A stretch of 64,000 nucleotides of DNA from a virus, in IMG/VR virus record IMGVR_UViG_3300030688_000015; one strand, 5' to 3'. This document shows, one piece after another, positions 60,998 through 64,000 of this stretch. The notes beneath the pieces are model-generated. The model saw only the letters and a program-made list of their open reading frames with translations. It was not told the origin of the DNA and did not search any database. Positions within the stretch are counted from its first letter, which is position 1, and each line of letters opens with the position of its first letter. The position numbers and the translations under genes are program-made.

Positions 60998-61075
60998 AAA
61001 GGAGTTTTAAAGAGGTTTAAATAAGTTTTAATAAAATCCTAACTAAATACCTTTAAACCTCTTTAAAGCTCCTTT
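60998..61075. repeat. large inverted repeat (about 24-bp arms, 22/24 match, 27-nt spacer) at the divergence point between the - and + transcription blocks
   Basis: AAAGGAGTTTTAAAGAGGTTTAAAT ... CTTTAAACCTCTTTAAAGCTCCTTT. Confidence 0.55.
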
Positions 61076-61226
61076 TTACTTTATTAATCCACATATTCTG
61101 ACTTATTCTGATTAAAACTCTCTTTCTGGTAAATTCAACACAGTAAATAAGTATTTAAATACCCCTCAGTAAAAATTAATTAATGTATAATTATGAACTG
61201 ATTCAAAATAATTAAAAGGAAATGAA

Positions 61227-61571
61227 GTGATAAATGAATTAATTGATTCAATGGAGTTTAGTAAAGACTTCAGAGGGTATATTTTAAAATTATATGATGG
61301 GCGTAAAGTATGCATAACTTTTGAGAGAGATTCAGATTCATACCCATATGGCTATTTTCCCCACTATTGTGCCCACCAGCCTGTAATTGAATCCATAAGT
61401 AATTACAACTTAAAAATTAGTCAAGCTGAAAAGGATAAAATTAATGATTTTTTATCATCAAATAAAGAAGTTATGGAAAAAGCTAATCTTTTAGATACTC
61501 TTTGGGAGGAATTTGAAGATACTGGAGGTGATTGGAATGAAACTCTAAGAAAAGAAGGATTTATTGTATAA
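61227..61571 (+). CDS. hypothetical protein, paralog of 55883..56122 (GTG start in AAGGAAATGAAGTG context)
   Basis: See 55883..56122. Confidence 0.5.
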   Translation: MINELIDSMEFSKDFRGYILKLYDGRKVCITFERDSDSYPYGYFPHYCAHQPVIESISNYNLKISQAEKDKINDFLSSNKEVMEKANLLDTLWEEFEDTGGDWNETLRKEGFIV

Positions 61572-61602
61572 GGAGCAACTAAGAAATAAATTATTAACTT
61601 TT

Positions 61603-61687
61603 AAAATATCACCTAATGTGATTCAATTATAATATAATATTGTTGTGGAGTTTGAGTTATTCAGCTTAATAATTGAAAGGAAATGAA
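61603..61687 (+). promoter_or_regulatory. promoter/5'UTR cassette (copy 8)
   Basis: aaaatatcacctaatgtgattcaattaTAATATAATattgttgtggagtttgagttattcagcttaataattgAAAGGAAATGAAATG. Confidence 0.5.
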
Positions 61688-61834
61688 ATGAGCTTACAAG
61701 AGATTAAAGAGTGTTTAACTTATTGGAAACTTACTAATACTTATAATGAGAATACAGACCTAATTGAGTTCTATGAAGAAAAGCAAAGCAGATTATTAGA
61801 TAGAGATACAGAAAATAAATTAAAATTATACTAA
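61688..61834 (+). CDS. small hypothetical protein (48 aa) not in the ORF track
   Basis: MSLQEIKECLTYWKLTNTYNENTDLIEFYEEKQSRLLDRDTENKLKLY; directly after cassette 8. Confidence 0.4.
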   Translation: MSLQEIKECLTYWKLTNTYNENTDLIEFYEEKQSRLLDRDTENKLKLY

Positions 61835-61835
61835 A

Positions 61836-61918
61836 GAATATTCCTCATTGTAATTCTATTGTAGTATAATATCGTTAGTGAGTTGAGGAATTTCAACTTA
61901 AAATTGAAAGGAAATGAA
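61836..61918 (+). promoter_or_regulatory. promoter/5'UTR cassette (copy 9)
   Basis: cattgtaattctattgtagTATAATatcgttagtgAGTTGAggaattTCAACTtaaaattgAAAGGAAATGAAATG. Confidence 0.55.
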
Positions 61919-62530
61919 ATGAGCAATGTAGACAATTCTATAAACTTACCATTTAGTGGCTTTTATAATACAGAATGGGAAGACCTAGTAACTTCATCAA
62001 TTGAATCTGCACGTGAGGTTGAAATAGGAGAAGACTATACTTTAGATGTGAGCTTGCTAAGTAAAGTGAATGGAATAAAAGTATATACAAATACTTCTAA
62101 AATTTTAGTGGATATGTTTAATCATTACATACAGGACGAAGTAAGCTTTGATAATCACGAGATTTTTAAAGATATTAAATTCAATTTTATTAAACTTAAA
62201 TCTCCGAAGTATTATAATTGGTCTAGTGATGAAATTGAAATGGCTTGTGATAATTTAGATTTATTGAAATCTCGTGTCTACCAATATATGCAAGATAATT
62301 TTGAAGAGTTTCAAAACTATATACAAGAAGAGTTCTCCAATAAGAGTGGTTTCTCAAGTTTTTATTCTAATTCTATACAAGATTCAGACTGGCAGCTTGA
62401 AAACTTAAAAAATATACAAATAAGTTATTTATTAAGTAAAATAATCCCCGAAGAGGAATTTTTAGAATACTGTATCAATAAGCAGTATTTGCATGAAAAA
62501 ATTCAACAAGAGATTGAACTAACTCCCTGA
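61919..62530 (+). CDS. hypothetical acidic protein (start trimmed to MSNVDNS...)
   Basis: 204-aa ORF. Confidence 0.5.
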   Translation: MSNVDNSINLPFSGFYNTEWEDLVTSSIESAREVEIGEDYTLDVSLLSKVNGIKVYTNTSKILVDMFNHYIQDEVSFDNHEIFKDIKFNFIKLKSPKYYNWSSDEIEMACDNLDLLKSRVYQYMQDNFEEFQNYIQEEFSNKSGFSSFYSNSIQDSDWQLENLKNIQISYLLSKIIPEEEFLEYCINKQYLHEKIQQEIELTP

Positions 62531-62769
62531 TACTTGAGAACTTATATCAACTATTATACTAAGGAAAATTATGCATTACTATTATGAGTTTTATTATTTT
62601 TTATGTGATACTATAGGTGTGTTTTTAAGCAAACATTTACTTGCAGCAGGTATCTTCCTCGTTTTTTGTTTCATAGCAACTTTTATAGGCATGTTTTGTG
62701 CAGTTGAAAACATCAAAATTTAATATCTTATAAAGTTATTAACAAATTTTTAAAAAGGAGTTTCAGTAG

Positions 62770-63171
62770 ATGAACTTGTTTAAATACTTATTTAATCCAC
62801 ACCTGAGAAAATTTAACAGAGATTTCATTTATCTTAAGAATCTAGATGAATCTGGTATTTTTGCACAAACTTTAACTAATACTGTTATAGATAAACTTAA
62901 AGAATTAGAGTTTACTCTAACCTTATCTTACTTAGAAGCAGGTGAAGAAACATCCTACTTAGAACATACTAAGTACAAAGGATTAAAAGTTAAGATATCC
63001 AGATCTATTGCTTTCAATCACCACCCATATTATATTTTATATGTTACTTATATGTCTAGAAGATCTTTTACTCAAGATTTAAGATCAGAAAAAGACATAA
63101 CCAGATTTAGTAAAATAATAAAAAATTTTCTCAATTACTTAGATGAAGAGAAATCTGAAAAGAGGAGTTGA
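62770..63171 (+). CDS. hypothetical protein
   Basis: 133 aa with AAGGAG RBS. Confidence 0.5.
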   Translation: MNLFKYLFNPHLRKFNRDFIYLKNLDESGIFAQTLTNTVIDKLKELEFTLTLSYLEAGEETSYLEHTKYKGLKVKISRSIAFNHHPYYILYVTYMSRRSFTQDLRSEKDITRFSKIIKNFLNYLDEEKSEKRS

Positions 63172-63191
63172 GACTCTAAAATCAACAAATA

Positions 63192-63276
63192 AAAAATATC
63201 ACCTAATGGAATTCTACTAAAGTATAATATTGTTATGGAGTTGAGTTGTTCAACTTAAGAATTGAAAGGAAGTGAA
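63192..63276 (+). promoter_or_regulatory. promoter/5'UTR cassette (copy 10)
   Basis: aaaatatcacctaATGGAATTCtactaaagTATAATattgttatggAGTTGAgttgTTCAACTtaagaattgAAAGGAAGTGAAATG. Confidence 0.55.
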
Positions 63277-63474
63277 ATGAAACAAATTGACAAATGCAAT
63301 AACTGTAAATATTTACAAAAATTAACAAACAACTGTAATGATACATACTATGTCTGTGATGAATTAAAAGACTTTTTATGGGTTGAAACTGATACTTATG
63401 GATACATAAGAATCGACTATCCAGATACGTTTGGATGTATTGCATGGGAAGCTAAAGAAGAGCTAAATGGATAG
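63277..63474 (+). CDS. small Cys-rich protein, paralog of 32310..32534
   Basis: MKQIDKCNNCKYLQKLTNNCNDTYYVCDE... Confidence 0.5.
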   Translation: MKQIDKCNNCKYLQKLTNNCNDTYYVCDELKDFLWVETDTYGYIRIDYPDTFGCIAWEAKEELNG

Positions 63475-63810
63475 GTGAAGAGAATGATTAAATCAAAAGA
63501 AACATCCTTTAAAGAATTTAGTAAGAAATTAATTAAACTTGGGTTTAAAAAGAAATGTCTAATAAATAGAAATTATAAAAACATGCCTCAAGATTACCTC
63601 ATATACCATAACTTAGCTTTTTATTTAGACTATCAACATAGCTATTTTACTGTAGGAATGATTACTCCTAATTCAGAAAAAGATCTGGTATATTCGTGGA
63701 GTGATATGTTTTCTTATTATAAAAAAAGTTTAGAAATTATTAAAAATTGGGTTAATGGCGATTGTGAAAAATTAATGCACTCATTATATTTTTTGGAAAT
63801 TGGGTTATGA
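63475..63810 (+). CDS. hypothetical protein; start region duplicated at 43844 (minus strand)
   Basis: MKRMIKS...; a 30-nt identical junction with the 43.8-kb locus. Confidence 0.45.
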   Translation: MKRMIKSKETSFKEFSKKLIKLGFKKKCLINRNYKNMPQDYLIYHNLAFYLDYQHSYFTVGMITPNSEKDLVYSWSDMFSYYKKSLEIIKNWVNGDCEKLMHSLYFLEIGL

Positions 63811-64000
63811 TTAAATTTAGATGGCACAGAGGCACTTTAGAAGAAAGTATGGCTACAGCTATGGAGTTTGATAGTTTACAAGCAATGGTTGATTATCTGA
63901 ACATTTACTACAGTCAAACACATAAATTTCCTTATATTTATACTACTTCACCTTATGGATACAATAGCCGTGTAAATCAATATTTAACGGGTGTAAAACT
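63807..64000 (+). CDS. hypothetical protein, 3'-truncated by the window end; paralog of 43373..43594
   Basis: MIKFRWHRGTLEESMATAMEFD; ATGA overlap with the upstream stop. Confidence 0.45.
   Translation, partial: MIKFRWHRGTLEESMATAMEFDSLQAMVDYLNIYYSQTHKFPYIYTTSPYGYNSRVNQYLTGVK

Noticed and set aside
55294-63276. Regularly recurring ~85-bp repeats that could be mistaken for a CRISPR array
   Set aside because: Spacing equals the length of the intervening genes (90-650 bp, variable). The repeats contain a -10 box, RBS and start codon. They occur in both orientations. These are promoter/leader cassettes, not CRISPR repeats.

Overview
This window is from a very AT-rich (~28-30% GC) dsDNA phage, probably myovirus-like and T4-type. 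It is compact and shows three transcription blocks: about 1-22.5 kb on the + strand, about 22.5-60.9 kb on the - strand, and a + strand block again from about 61.2 kb.

- **Block 1 (+)** holds the DNA replication, recombination and nucleotide-metabolism genes. These are a RecA/UvsX-like recombinase, a ThyA-family enzyme split by an HNH-type intein, and a single-chain Mre11(SbcD)-Rad50(SbcC) fusion. It also has a zinc-finger/TOPRIM primase, a gp32-like SSB, class I RNR (nrdA split by a naturally split intein, then nrdB), a deoxynucleoside kinase, a CCA-adding enzyme and a RlaP-like nucleotidyltransferase.
- **Block 2 (-)** holds NAD-dependent ligase LigA, a full-length bacterial-type GroEL, RtcB RNA ligase and an ATP-dependent Rnl-type RNA ligase. 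It also carries a Band7/SPFH lipoprotein, a free-standing HNH-family homing-endonuclease-like gene between two paralogous small genes, several paralog families and many small hypothetical genes.
- **Mobile elements in block 2.** A compositionally foreign ~1.55 kb IS-like island encodes an IsrB/IscB-type (OMEGA) RuvC nuclease with a GC-rich structured candidate omega-RNA immediately upstream. A decayed IS66-family transposase remnant sits next to an AAA-ATPase fragment.
- **Around the strand switch (about 55-63.5 kb)** lies a hyperplastic region of small genes. Each is preceded by a conserved ~85-bp cassette: a palindromic site, a TATAAT -10, a 5'UTR hairpin and AAGGAAATGAAATG start context. 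A large inverted repeat sits at the divergence point.

No CRISPR array or convincing tRNA was found.

All functional calls come from motifs I can read in the translated ORFs. No database search was run.
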